IMG/VR virus record: IMGVR_UViG_3300045988_160722
Reading direction: 5' to 3' (one strand)
Length of the DNA: 40,449 nt
DNA from: a virus
The notes under the pieces were generated by a model. It was given only the letters and a program-made list of their open reading frames with translations. It did not search any database and was not told the DNA's origin. Positions 1-6,671 of this stretch are shown in pieces. How positions within the stretch are numbered: the first letter of the stretch is position 1; each line of letters opens with the position of its first letter. The translations under genes and the position numbers were made by a program.

Positions 1-55
1 GCTTTAATATCAACATTGGTGTGATTTTGTAACATTGAACCTCCTAAGAAGTGTA
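1..55. repeat. Left copy of perfect 55-nt terminal direct repeat (attL core candidate, or circular-contig overlap)
   Basis: gctttaatatcaacattggtgtgattttgtaacattgaacctcctaagaagtgta is identical to 40395-40449. It lies next to the integrase gene. Confidence 0.85.
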
Positions 56-65
56 GAATAATAAA

Positions 66-100
66 GAAAGCCCTGTAGCAGTAGTGCTACAGGGCTTTTA
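66..100. terminator. Bidirectional rho-independent terminator downstream of int
   Basis: 10-bp stem GCCCTGTAGC (70-79) / GCTACAGGGC (86-95) with a 6-nt loop. An A-run precedes it and a T-run follows, so it can work on either strand. Confidence 0.7.
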
Positions 101-120
101 TGTGTGGCTATTAAACTTAA

Positions 121-140
121 GAAGGGACAAAAAAGGGACA
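121..140 (+). promoter_or_regulatory. Tandem pair of putative integrase arm-type binding sites
   Basis: GAAGGGACA (121-129) and AAAGGGACA (132-140), 11-bp phasing. The same motif pair recurs at 40294-40313 on the other side of the 55-nt repeat. Confidence 0.45.
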
Positions 141-143
141 GTT

Positions 144-1301
144 TTATTCAAAATTTTGTATAGCTTCATCGAATTCTAAGTGTTGTTTATGGGTAACGTG
201 TAAATAAATTTTTCTTGTAATATCAGAATTGGCATGACCAACTCTATCGGTAATTAAACTTAATGGATATCCTTCCTCTGCAAGTTTGGAAACGTGAGTA
301 TGACGGAAGATATGTGAAGTAGCTTTCTTCTTCCACTTCTGTTCATTTACAAACTCTCTTAGAAATCTACTTACAGCTGATGTATTTATCGGTCCATTAG
401 TATTACTGTATTTATTATGAAATAGGAAATCATTAGAGTTTTGTCCCTTAGAAAACTCTTTATATATCACAACTGCTTCTTTAGGCAAAACAATAGTTCG
501 TTGGCTAGAGGATGTTTTGGTAAACTCTTGTCTTTCATTCCGATGTCCTTCAGTACTAATTAAAGTGCCTGAAATATTAACATACCATAGCTTTGTTTCT
601 TTATCTTGAAATATATTCTTTACGAGCACCCCACATCCTTCTCCTACACGCATACCAGTAAGGTATAGCATTTTGAATAAAGCATAAAAATCAGTTCTCT
701 TTTTTTCTAAACAATGGTTAAATAATTTGCTCAGTTCTTTATCGGTAAGATACCAGTTTTCTACTCGATCTTGCTTCTTAGCACGTTCATTTTTAAAATT
801 AATTTTTACTTTTAAAGCTGGATTCTTTTTTGCATACCCAAATTGAATTGCAAAATCAAAAAGTTTTGTAAAAACCACATGATATTTATGTGCAGTAGCA
901 TTAGATAATTCATCTTTATAAAGAAGATTATTAATGTATGTATTAAGTTCAATAGTAGTAATAGAATCAGCCGATCTTTTTCCGAAAGTCCTAGAAATTT
1001 TACTAAGGCAAGCAAAGTAAGTATCTAAAGTTTTAGGTGCTAAGCCCTGATTAGACATATTAGTTTGTAAATCTTCAATAAGTTTATTCATCGTAATTTG
1101 TTTAATAGATTGAATATTTAACTTATCTTGGATCATCTTTTTGACTTTCACATCAGCTAAATTTCGAGCCTTAGCAGTGTTTTTTGTAATCGTGGTAGAA
1201 CTTTTGTGCACACCAACAAAAGAGGGATCAGTATATCTAATTGAATATTTAAACTTACCATTCTTTAAAGGTTCTACTTGAGGAGTATAATATTTGACCA
1301 T
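144..1301 (-). CDS. int: Tyrosine recombinase, phage integrase
   Basis: 385-aa ORF with the C-terminal catalytic signature HIFRHTHVSKLAEEG...GHANSDITRKIYLHVT (R, H-x-x-R, H, Y). SD AGAGGT upstream. Adjacent to the att-like repeat. Confidence 0.95.
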   Translation of the reverse strand: MVKYYTPQVEPLKNGKFKYSIRYTDPSFVGVHKSSTTITKNTAKARNLADVKVKKMIQDKLNIQSIKQITMNKLIEDLQTNMSNQGLAPKTLDTYFACLSKISRTFGKRSADSITTIELNTYINNLLYKDELSNATAHKYHVVFTKLFDFAIQFGYAKKNPALKVKINFKNERAKKQDRVENWYLTDKELSKLFNHCLEKKRTDFYALFKMLYLTGMRVGEGCGVLVKNIFQDKETKLWYVNISGTLISTEGHRNERQEFTKTSSSQRTIVLPKEAVVIYKEFSKGQNSNDFLFHNKYSNTNGPINTSAVSRFLREFVNEQKWKKKATSHIFRHTHVSKLAEEGYPLSLITDRVGHANSDITRKIYLHVTHKQHLEFDEAIQNFE

Positions 1302-1509
1302 TTTAAAATTACCTCTATTTCTGATAAAATAGGGTATGCAAAAAGCATTTTTTCTTTCTAGGTTAAATGTTTAATATCAGCCAATCAGCAAACCCGTGAA
1401 GTGTTACCAGCGCTTTGCGGGTCTTTTTTTATTGCTTGGCTTGATATTAGACTGTAGCATATAATTTTGAATAGCGGTACGGTAATCAAAATTCTGCTAG
1501 AATATGAGT

Positions 1510-1576
1510 TAGGATCACGTGTGCCCAGTTTTGGGCTAGGCTTGTAAGATAATTAATATCTTGCGAGTCTTTTTTA
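1510..1576 (+). ncRNA. Candidate small RNA (extended -10 promoter plus intrinsic terminator)
   Basis: TGCTAGAAT extended -10 at 1495-1503. Hairpin GCCCA/TGGGC at 1523-1536. An 11-bp stem (1541-1551 / 1557-1567, two G-U pairs) is followed by TCTTTTTT. No ORF. Confidence 0.25.
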
Positions 1577-1629
1577 TTATTAAGCTGCGCGATCGGGACG
1601 AGCGCGCAGCTAGGGCGCCCGCGGTCAGA

Positions 1630-1695
1630 TTATCTCTTGTTGATTTCGTGAATCAAAAGAAGTAAGATGATTAATGTAATAATTGTTTGGTTCAT
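1630..1695 (-). CDS. 21-aa hydrophobic peptide, type I toxin-like (MNQTIITLIILLLLIHEINKR)
   Basis: ATG at 1695 with GGAGG SD 8 nt upstream. One hydrophobic helix plus a charged tail. The SD lies within an imperfect inverted repeat, and the ORF is bracketed by a 12-bp GC-rich inverted repeat. Below the ORF-track size cutoff. Confidence 0.4.
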   Translation of the reverse strand: MNQTIITLIILLLLIHEINKR

Positions 1696-1813
1696 GTTTG
1701 TCACCTCCGAGTGACATGGGCACAGCTTGCTGTGCTAAACTCAGGAGAGTGACATAACATGAAAGAGCGGGCGCCCTAAGAGCTTTTAACTTCTAGGGAT
1801 GCCTGCTTTTTTT
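1675..1813 (+). ncRNA. Candidate cis-antisense RNA covering the SD/start of the 21-aa ORF (antitoxin-like)
   Basis: TTGATT (1640-1645)-N17-TAAGAT (1663-1668) promoter-like element on the + strand. A long imperfect hairpin (1766-1807) followed by a T7 run forms an intrinsic terminator. Confidence 0.3.
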
Positions 1814-1856
1814 ATTTCAGCTTTTATAGTCGCCAGCCGTTTAGACTAAGTTTAAT

Positions 1857-2837
1857 TTATTTACTTAAAAAATCAGCATTGAGTTCTGCTTGATTACAAA
1901 TAAACTCTTTTTCATCAGGATAAAGTTCAAGATATCTTTTAATGTAAAAACTAATACCACCACTTAGCTCATTGTATGCGGTTCGATCTTGTGAAAATTC
2001 TAATGTATTAATTAATGTACCTAGACGACTTTGACCTTTACCATTTCTATAATCAGCTGGTGAAATTTTAAGAAGACCATGGATTATAGGATTATATGGA
2101 ATTGCATGCTTTTTAGAAAAATGATTATAGATTCGTCCACCATGTGCTGATGTGTTTCTATAGTCTAAGTATAAAGATAGCAAGTTAACATATCCTTGTT
2201 CAAAAGCATTAATCTGCTGTAACAATGCCTCATCTAATCCTGTCATACGAGAAGTTACACTTCTTTTTTGTGGAGTTTTAAGAAGTCTGTACCACCAAAT
2301 TAAATTTCCAAAGTTAAGTTTCTTAACAATTATCCAAGGTGGAATGTTATGGTGATCATTTCGGTAGTGGCTATATGGTTCAGACTTAGCATGCGTAATA
2401 CCTTTTAGAATACTTAGCAGAGCATCAATAGGATAAACCATTTTATGAAGGGATTTATTGTATTGCTTTTTACCTGTAACGTAATTTTTTCGGTTTAAAT
2501 ATATTGTTTGGTCTTCAGATATTTGTTCTGCTACTGTATATGCTAATGCCTGTCTTAGGTTAGCTTCAAAAATTTCGATAGCAGACATAACTTCAGATCT
2601 TATTTTTCTATCTAAAGTAAATAATTGAAAAATATGTTCAAAAGTAATTCCAGCCTTGAATTTGTCTTCTGAATCTAATGGATTAGCTAAAAAACAGTCT
2701 TTATAGCCATTAATAATTTCATAATAGCCGTAACTCAATAAATCTTTTTTGGCTGCTTCTTTATTTTGAAATAACAGACCACGTTGTTCTAGTAATTCTA
2801 TTTGTTTATCAATAGTTAAAAAAGGTTTGGTATTCAT
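1857..2837 (-). CDS. Abi_2 family abortive-infection protein (AbiD/AbiF/AbiD1-like)
   Basis: The N-terminus MNTKPFLTIDKQIELLEQRGL...SYGYYEIINGYKD matches my recollection of the Abi_2 family. Start set to ATG 2837 (GGAGAA SD). The longer track ORF would run into a hairpin. Confidence 0.7.
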   Translation of the reverse strand: MNTKPFLTIDKQIELLEQRGLLFQNKEAAKKDLLSYGYYEIINGYKDCFLANPLDSEDKFKAGITFEHIFQLFTLDRKIRSEVMSAIEIFEANLRQALAYTVAEQISEDQTIYLNRKNYVTGKKQYNKSLHKMVYPIDALLSILKGITHAKSEPYSHYRNDHHNIPPWIIVKKLNFGNLIWWYRLLKTPQKRSVTSRMTGLDEALLQQINAFEQGYVNLLSLYLDYRNTSAHGGRIYNHFSKKHAIPYNPIIHGLLKISPADYRNGKGQSRLGTLINTLEFSQDRTAYNELSGGISFYIKRYLELYPDEKEFICNQAELNADFLSK

Positions 2838-2853
2838 TTTAATTCTCCAACAC

Positions 2854-2887
2854 AAAAAGGACATGTATCAAAACACATGTCCTTTTT
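2854..2887 (-). terminator. Terminator-like hairpin in the 5' leader of the Abi gene
   Basis: 13-bp stem AAAAAGGACATGT (2854-2866) / ACATGTCCTTTTT (2875-2887). On the minus strand a U5 run follows it, and it ends about 15 nt before the Abi SD. Confidence 0.55.
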
Positions 2888-2926
2888 GGTACGACCGCAC
2901 AGCGGTCACTTAAATTGATTAACTAA

Positions 2927-2956
2927 ATCTTATCAGGTAAAAGGGCAATGTGTCAA
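2927..2956 (-). promoter_or_regulatory. Candidate promoter for the Abi gene
   Basis: Minus strand TTGACA (2956-2951)-N18-TAAGAT (2932-2927), with TGn immediately upstream of the -10. Confidence 0.5.
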
Positions 2957-3094
2957 TCAAAAATGTATTTTTTTATACATTTTTGTAACTAGTAAGTTGA
3001 ATTGTATTCTTTTTATACAATTTCCTAATAGTCTAAAAAGAAAATAATTTTTCTTTTCATTTTCATTCTCCATGACCGTCCGAGAGGGCGGTTT

Positions 3095-3496
3095 TTATTT
3101 TGCAACATATTTCAAAAGCTCTTCACGAACTTCGTCAAAATTGTTAATGCCTAGACCAACGGCAATATTTACGTAATTTGCTTCATCTGGTTCATTACCT
3201 AATGCTACATATTGTTTGATTTTTTCGTGAACCATGAAATTATTAGCTCCATGTTCACTGCAAGAATGGGCTGAACCAATATATTTATAATTTCCCACAA
3301 TTGAGGGATCATTCTTTGCGTGTCCAATTTCGTGTAAGATGACCTTTTCTGTCTCTTCATCAGATAGTCCTTCTTTAACCATTAAGAGGTCAGGAAAGCT
3401 AGCGGGAGTTCTAACAATGCATCCCTTTTCGTGGGAAGGACCATATTGAAGATGCAAATTGTATTTTTTAAGCAAGTATATTAAGTGACTATCCAT
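3095..3496 (-). CDS. ImmA/IrrE-like zinc metallopeptidase
   Basis: HEIGH (HExxH) motif, small size. It lies directly downstream of and co-oriented with the XRE repressor. ATG 3496 preferred (AAGGTGA SD) over GTG 3505. Confidence 0.75.
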   Translation of the reverse strand: MDSHLIYLLKKYNLHLQYGPSHEKGCIVRTPASFPDLLMVKEGLSDEETEKVILHEIGHAKNDPSIVGNYKYIGSAHSCSEHGANNFMVHEKIKQYVALGNEPDEANYVNIAVGLGINNFDEVREELLKYVAK

Positions 3497-3511
3497 AATA
3501 CTCACCTTGAA

Positions 3512-3853
3512 TTATTTATTAAGAAGGGCGTTTAAATATTGCCTAATAAGTTCACGGTCATGGTCATCTAGTGGCTTGCCATCGTAAGAGTGGGCATTGT
3601 CTAGCATTTCGTCTAAATCAGCTTCTGTTACTGTAGGCTTGTCAGGGATGCTTGGGTCGTCAGTTCTACCTAAAAGATAATCGGTAGTAGTGTCAAATAA
3701 ATTGGCTACTTTCTCAACCTTATCAATTGATGGATTACTCTTTTTCCAAGTAGAAATAATTCCATTTGAAAAGCCTAATTTTCGTTCTAATTCTGCTAGA
3801 CTCATTTTTTTAAGCGCCGTTAAATCCGTGATACGACTATAAAGCACCGACAT
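3512..3853 (-). CDS. XRE-family HTH repressor (CI-like / ImmR-like)
   Basis: N-terminal HTH LAELERKLGFSNGIISTWKKSN..VEKVANLFDTTTDYLLGR. Divergent from the cro-like gene. SD GGAGGT. Confidence 0.85.
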   Translation of the reverse strand: MSVLYSRITDLTALKKMSLAELERKLGFSNGIISTWKKSNPSIDKVEKVANLFDTTTDYLLGRTDDPSIPDKPTVTEADLDEMLDNAHSYDGKPLDDHDRELIRQYLNALLNK

Positions 3854-3890
3854 TTTTAGATTACCTCCGAAAATATTTTATAAAATTATA

Positions 3891-3919
3891 TTGACGCCGA
3901 ATATTATCGGTGCTATATT
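3891..3919 (+). promoter_or_regulatory. Early lytic promoter candidate with operator in the spacer
   Basis: TTGACG (3891-3896)-N17-TATATT (3914-3919) with TGc extended -10. The near-palindrome CCGAATATTATCGG (3897-3910) fills the spacer. Confidence 0.6.
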
Positions 3920-4004
3920 ATAAATGTGCTTGAGATAAGCACAGAAAAAAAGCTATTTTTTTGCACCGAGTATTTGATAATAACGGGCTATTTAGTACGC
4001 TCTT

Positions 4005-4033
4005 ATAATAGAATATTTTCGGCATTAATGCAA
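4005..4033 (-). promoter_or_regulatory. Candidate repressor-side promoter (face-to-face with the lytic promoter)
   Basis: Minus strand TTGCAT (4033-4028)-N17-TATTAT (4010-4005). Half-site GCCGAAAATATT lies in the spacer. Confidence 0.4.
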
Positions 4034-4083
4034 CAGGAATAGTTTATTTTCTAAGAAAATATTTTATTGTGAGGTGAAAGCGA

Positions 4084-4287
4084 ATGTCATTATATACGGC
4101 TATCAAAGAGGTAGCACATAAAAATGGAAAATCTATTTATCAAATTGAACGTGATTTGAATTTATCAAATGGATTAATCAGCAAGTGGAACAAAAACATG
4201 CCGAGAGCAGATTACTTACAAGATGTAGCTGATTACCTAGGTACAACTACACAATACTTGTTCTATCTGTCACGTAAAGATAAATAA
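4084..4287 (+). CDS. Cro-like XRE-family HTH regulator
   Basis: 67 aa. HTH IYQIERDLNLSNGLISKWNKN...VADYLGTTTQYL. SD GAGGTGA. First gene of the rightward operon. Confidence 0.8.
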   Translation: MSLYTAIKEVAHKNGKSIYQIERDLNLSNGLISKWNKNMPRADYLQDVADYLGTTTQYLFYLSRKDK

Positions 4288-4306
4288 GCAGGAAGGAGTG
4301 TTCGAT

Positions 4307-4495
4307 ATGGATGAAACAATGATTGAAATTAATGCCGTGATTGATCAATTAGCATCTAAATTAATTCAAAAAGATGAATTTGATTACGACATTAAAGATG
4401 CACTTATTTCAATGCTAGAAGCAAAGGAAAATTATTCACTAGCATTAAAAAAGCCAAAACTAGAAAATAATCTAGTTTTGACTAGTCAAGATTAA
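4307..4495 (+). CDS. Hypothetical protein
   Basis: ATG 4307 with GGAAGGAG SD 8 nt upstream (the track uses GTG 4298). Acidic, helical. Confidence 0.55.
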   Translation: MDETMIEINAVIDQLASKLIQKDEFDYDIKDALISMLEAKENYSLALKKPKLENNLVLTSQD

Positions 4496-4647
4496 TGATT
4501 AGATGATTTCACCTGGCTTAAAACACGCTTATAAATTCTAAAATACTCAGTTACCGCAGACAACGAAGTATTAGAAGTATTTTTCTTTTGAGCACTTGCT
4601 ACAGCCAAGGCAACAGCTATATCATGAGCGATTTGTTCATCTGTCAT
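4492..4647 (-). CDS. Hypothetical 51-aa protein on the minus strand (MTDEQIAHDIAVALAVASAQKK...)
   Basis: Below the track cutoff. Strong SD GGAGGTG 7 nt before ATG 4647. The stop overlaps the converging + ORF by 4 nt. Confidence 0.5.
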   Translation of the reverse strand: MTDEQIAHDIAVALAVASAQKKNTSNTSLSAVTEYFRIYKRVLSQVKSSNH

Positions 4648-4706
4648 AAAATTCACCTCCATTTACAGGATGAATTAATTATATCTCATAGAAAGGAATG
4701 CTTATT

Positions 4707-5432
4707 ATGGTAAATAATCTTCAATTATTTAAGTTTGAAGGGAAAGAAGTTAGAACTTTAGAAGTTAATGGTACACCTTGGTTCGTAGGAAAAGATTTGA
4801 CCAATATATTGGGATATAAAAATGGATCAAGAGATATTAATTCTCACGTTGATGAAGAAGATAAGCTGAGGTACCAAATCAGTACCGCAGGTCAAATGAG
4901 AGAGCAAATTCTTGTTAACGAATCAGGAATGTTTAGCTTAATTCTTTCAAGTCAATTACCCAGCGCTAAGAAATTTAAGCATTGGGTAACAAGTGAAGTT
5001 CTTCCAGCCATTCGCAAGACTGGATCATATCAATTACCACAAACACCAGAAGAGCGTTTGAAACTAGCAATGGAAGCTACCATTCATTTGGACGAGCGAA
5101 TGACTAACGTAGAAAAAGATGTTGATTTTATTAAAAATACATCTGAAATTGATTCAAGCCAACGATTTAAGCTGCGAAAGGCAAGAGATAGAAAATCGGT
5201 AGAAGTTTGCGGCGGTAAGAAGAGTAATTTTTACAAAAATAAAAATAAAAGACGCAAAGTTTTTCGTCAGTTAGAGCATGATTTCAAAGACTCGTTTGTA
5301 ATTTCAAGATATGAGGATTTATCAAAGAAAGACTTTGATCGAGCAATTAATTTTATTAGTAATTGGTATCCATCATATCCGCTACAACAGGATATTCAAC
5401 AAATGAATGCACAGACTGATTTAAACCTATAA
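4707..5432 (+). CDS. Phage antirepressor (BRO N-terminal domain plus ORF6C-like C-terminal domain)
   Basis: LQLFKFEGKEVRTLEVNGTPWFVGKDLTNILGY...NESGMFSLILSSQLPSAKKFKHWVTSEVLPAIRKTG is a typical BRO-N. ATG 4707 has better SD spacing than 4698. Confidence 0.8.
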   Translation: MVNNLQLFKFEGKEVRTLEVNGTPWFVGKDLTNILGYKNGSRDINSHVDEEDKLRYQISTAGQMREQILVNESGMFSLILSSQLPSAKKFKHWVTSEVLPAIRKTGSYQLPQTPEERLKLAMEATIHLDERMTNVEKDVDFIKNTSEIDSSQRFKLRKARDRKSVEVCGGKKSNFYKNKNKRRKVFRQLEHDFKDSFVISRYEDLSKKDFDRAINFISNWYPSYPLQQDIQQMNAQTDLNL

Positions 5433-5458
5433 CCGATGTAGGAATTGGAGAAATAATT

Positions 5459-5677
5459 ATGAACTACGAAAATGTTAAAGATGCACTTAAAGAATTAGTT
5501 GCTTTGAATAGCCCTGGTACAACTTTTGGCAAAGTTTCAACAATTACTGATTCAGGGGTAAAGACTGGAGAACGAAAGTTTGAAGTAAAGGATCTCCAAG
5601 AATCTAATTATGAATTGTTGGCCAATGTATGTGACTTACTTGGTTTGAGTGACATTTATCTTGATGAGGAAGAGTAA
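5459..5677 (+). CDS. Hypothetical protein
   Basis: 72-aa ORF with GGAG SD. It ends in DEEE-stop inside the repeated 16-mer. Confidence 0.55.
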   Translation: MNYENVKDALKELVALNSPGTTFGKVSTITDSGVKTGERKFEVKDLQESNYELLANVCDLLGLSDIYLDEEE

Positions 5678-5678
5678 A
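5663..5678 (+). repeat. Copy A of the 16-nt junction repeat GATGAGGAAGAGTAAA
   Basis: Exact 16-mer, also present at 6474-6489 and 6972-6987. Confidence 0.8.
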
Positions 5679-5715
5679 TTGGGGACAAAATAAAAAGCAG
5701 ATCTAAATAGATCCG

Positions 5716-5943
5716 CTATCTCTTGAAGTTACCTGCAATCGTAGCAACGTCAGTAGCCTTAAACTTGTTTGCAAAGGATGAGGCAAATGGCATTTCCTTG
5801 TTAAAGTTAAATGTCATTGCGCTCATTCCCTTCATATTATCAAACTTAGTATTAATCTTAGTTGCTAAATGATTTTGTTCATGTAAGTTTTTAGCAATTT
5901 GTGCAGTGTTAATACCTTCAAACTTAAATGCTGGTTTCTTCAA
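5716..5943 (-). CDS. Doubtful hypothetical ORF
   Basis: 75-aa ORF with a TTG start and no convincing SD. It sits in a ~550-bp stretch otherwise lacking good ORFs. Confidence 0.25.
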   Translation of the reverse strand: MKKPAFKFEGINTAQIAKNLHEQNHLATKINTKFDNMKGMSAMTFNFNKEMPFASSFANKFKATDVATIAGNFKR

Positions 5944-6222
5944 TTTGTTACCGCTAAAGCTTTTTATCCTTAGCCTCTACAAGTTTCCTAGTAGTTCAGC
6001 ATATATGTTCAACTCAAAGAGTTGCTGGGCGCTCGTGGGTTAAAAAATAAACCTATGCGTTGCACTTTCTTCAAATTAGAAGTTTAGCTCAGAGTTGCCA
6101 TGCCCTATGGTTTAGTTTTTCTCTGAATTCACCCAGTACAAAAGATGATTCGCATCATCAATGGGCAACTGAAAATATTATAACACAGTATATCGTGGGA
6201 ACAAAGGTGCGAGATACAAAAT

Positions 6223-6432
6223 ATGTGGAATGAAATTGAAAAAATCTTAAAAGAAAAACATATGTCAATATATCGTTTAGCTAAGGAAAGCGGAGTTAAC
6301 GAGAACACATTACGCAATTATAAAAAGAATTATTCGAATCCTGACGGTGTTGATCCGAGTTTTAAAAATGTATGCAAAATTGCTGATGCTTTGAATGTTT
6401 CTCTTGATGATTTACGAGACAAAGAAAGGTAA
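6223..6432 (+). CDS. XRE-family HTH DNA-binding protein
   Basis: MSIYRLAKESGVNENTLRNY...CKIADALNVSLDDL is a classic HTH_XRE pattern. 69 aa. Confidence 0.7.
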   Translation: MWNEIEKILKEKHMSIYRLAKESGVNENTLRNYKKNYSNPDGVDPSFKNVCKIADALNVSLDDLRDKER

Positions 6433-6473
6433 CCGACAAAGGCCAGCAATACTTTATTAATAAGTTTTTGAGA

Positions 6474-6497
6474 GATGAGGAAGAGTAAATGAAAAGA
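6474..6497 (+). repeat. Copy B of the junction repeat (GATGAGGAAGAGTAAATGAAAAGA)
   Basis: The 16-mer is exact. It extends to 24 nt with one mismatch versus copy C. Here TAAATG forms the start of the 6489 ORF. Confidence 0.8.
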
Positions 6498-6671
6498 TAC
6501 ACAGTGACATCTAAGCCTATTGAAGCAACTGAAACACTTAAACAAATTCCAATAGCTAAAGAAGTTATTGCTGTTTTAAGAAGCCATGATCTTAATTATG
6601 AAGATGCAAAAAAAGCACTTGATTGTGCAAACCAAGTACTTTTGAATTATTTGCTTGACAAAAAGATTTAG
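6489..6671 (+). CDS. Hypothetical protein
   Basis: 60 aa. GAGGAAGAG SD-like sequence (part of the junction repeat) lies 8 nt upstream of the ATG. Confidence 0.5.
   Translation: MKRYTVTSKPIEATETLKQIPIAKEVIAVLRSHDLNYEDAKKALDCANQVLLNYLLDKKI

Noticed and set aside
812-1015. 67-aa ORF on the same (minus) strand as the integrase gene, nested in an alternative frame
   Set aside because: Nested in a well-supported CDS, with no translation signals.
2838-2864. Nine-codon N-terminal extension (MSFLCWRIK) of the Abi ORF
   Set aside because: The extension overlaps the leader hairpin and lacks an SD. ATG 2837 has a GGAGAA SD and gives the family-typical MNTKPFLT N-terminus.
6129-6545. Minus-strand ORFs 6129..6317 and 6330..6545 overlapping the 6223..6432 HTH gene
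   Set aside because: Cys/Phe/Leu-rich antisense translations without SDs. The plus-strand HTH gene has a clear family signature.
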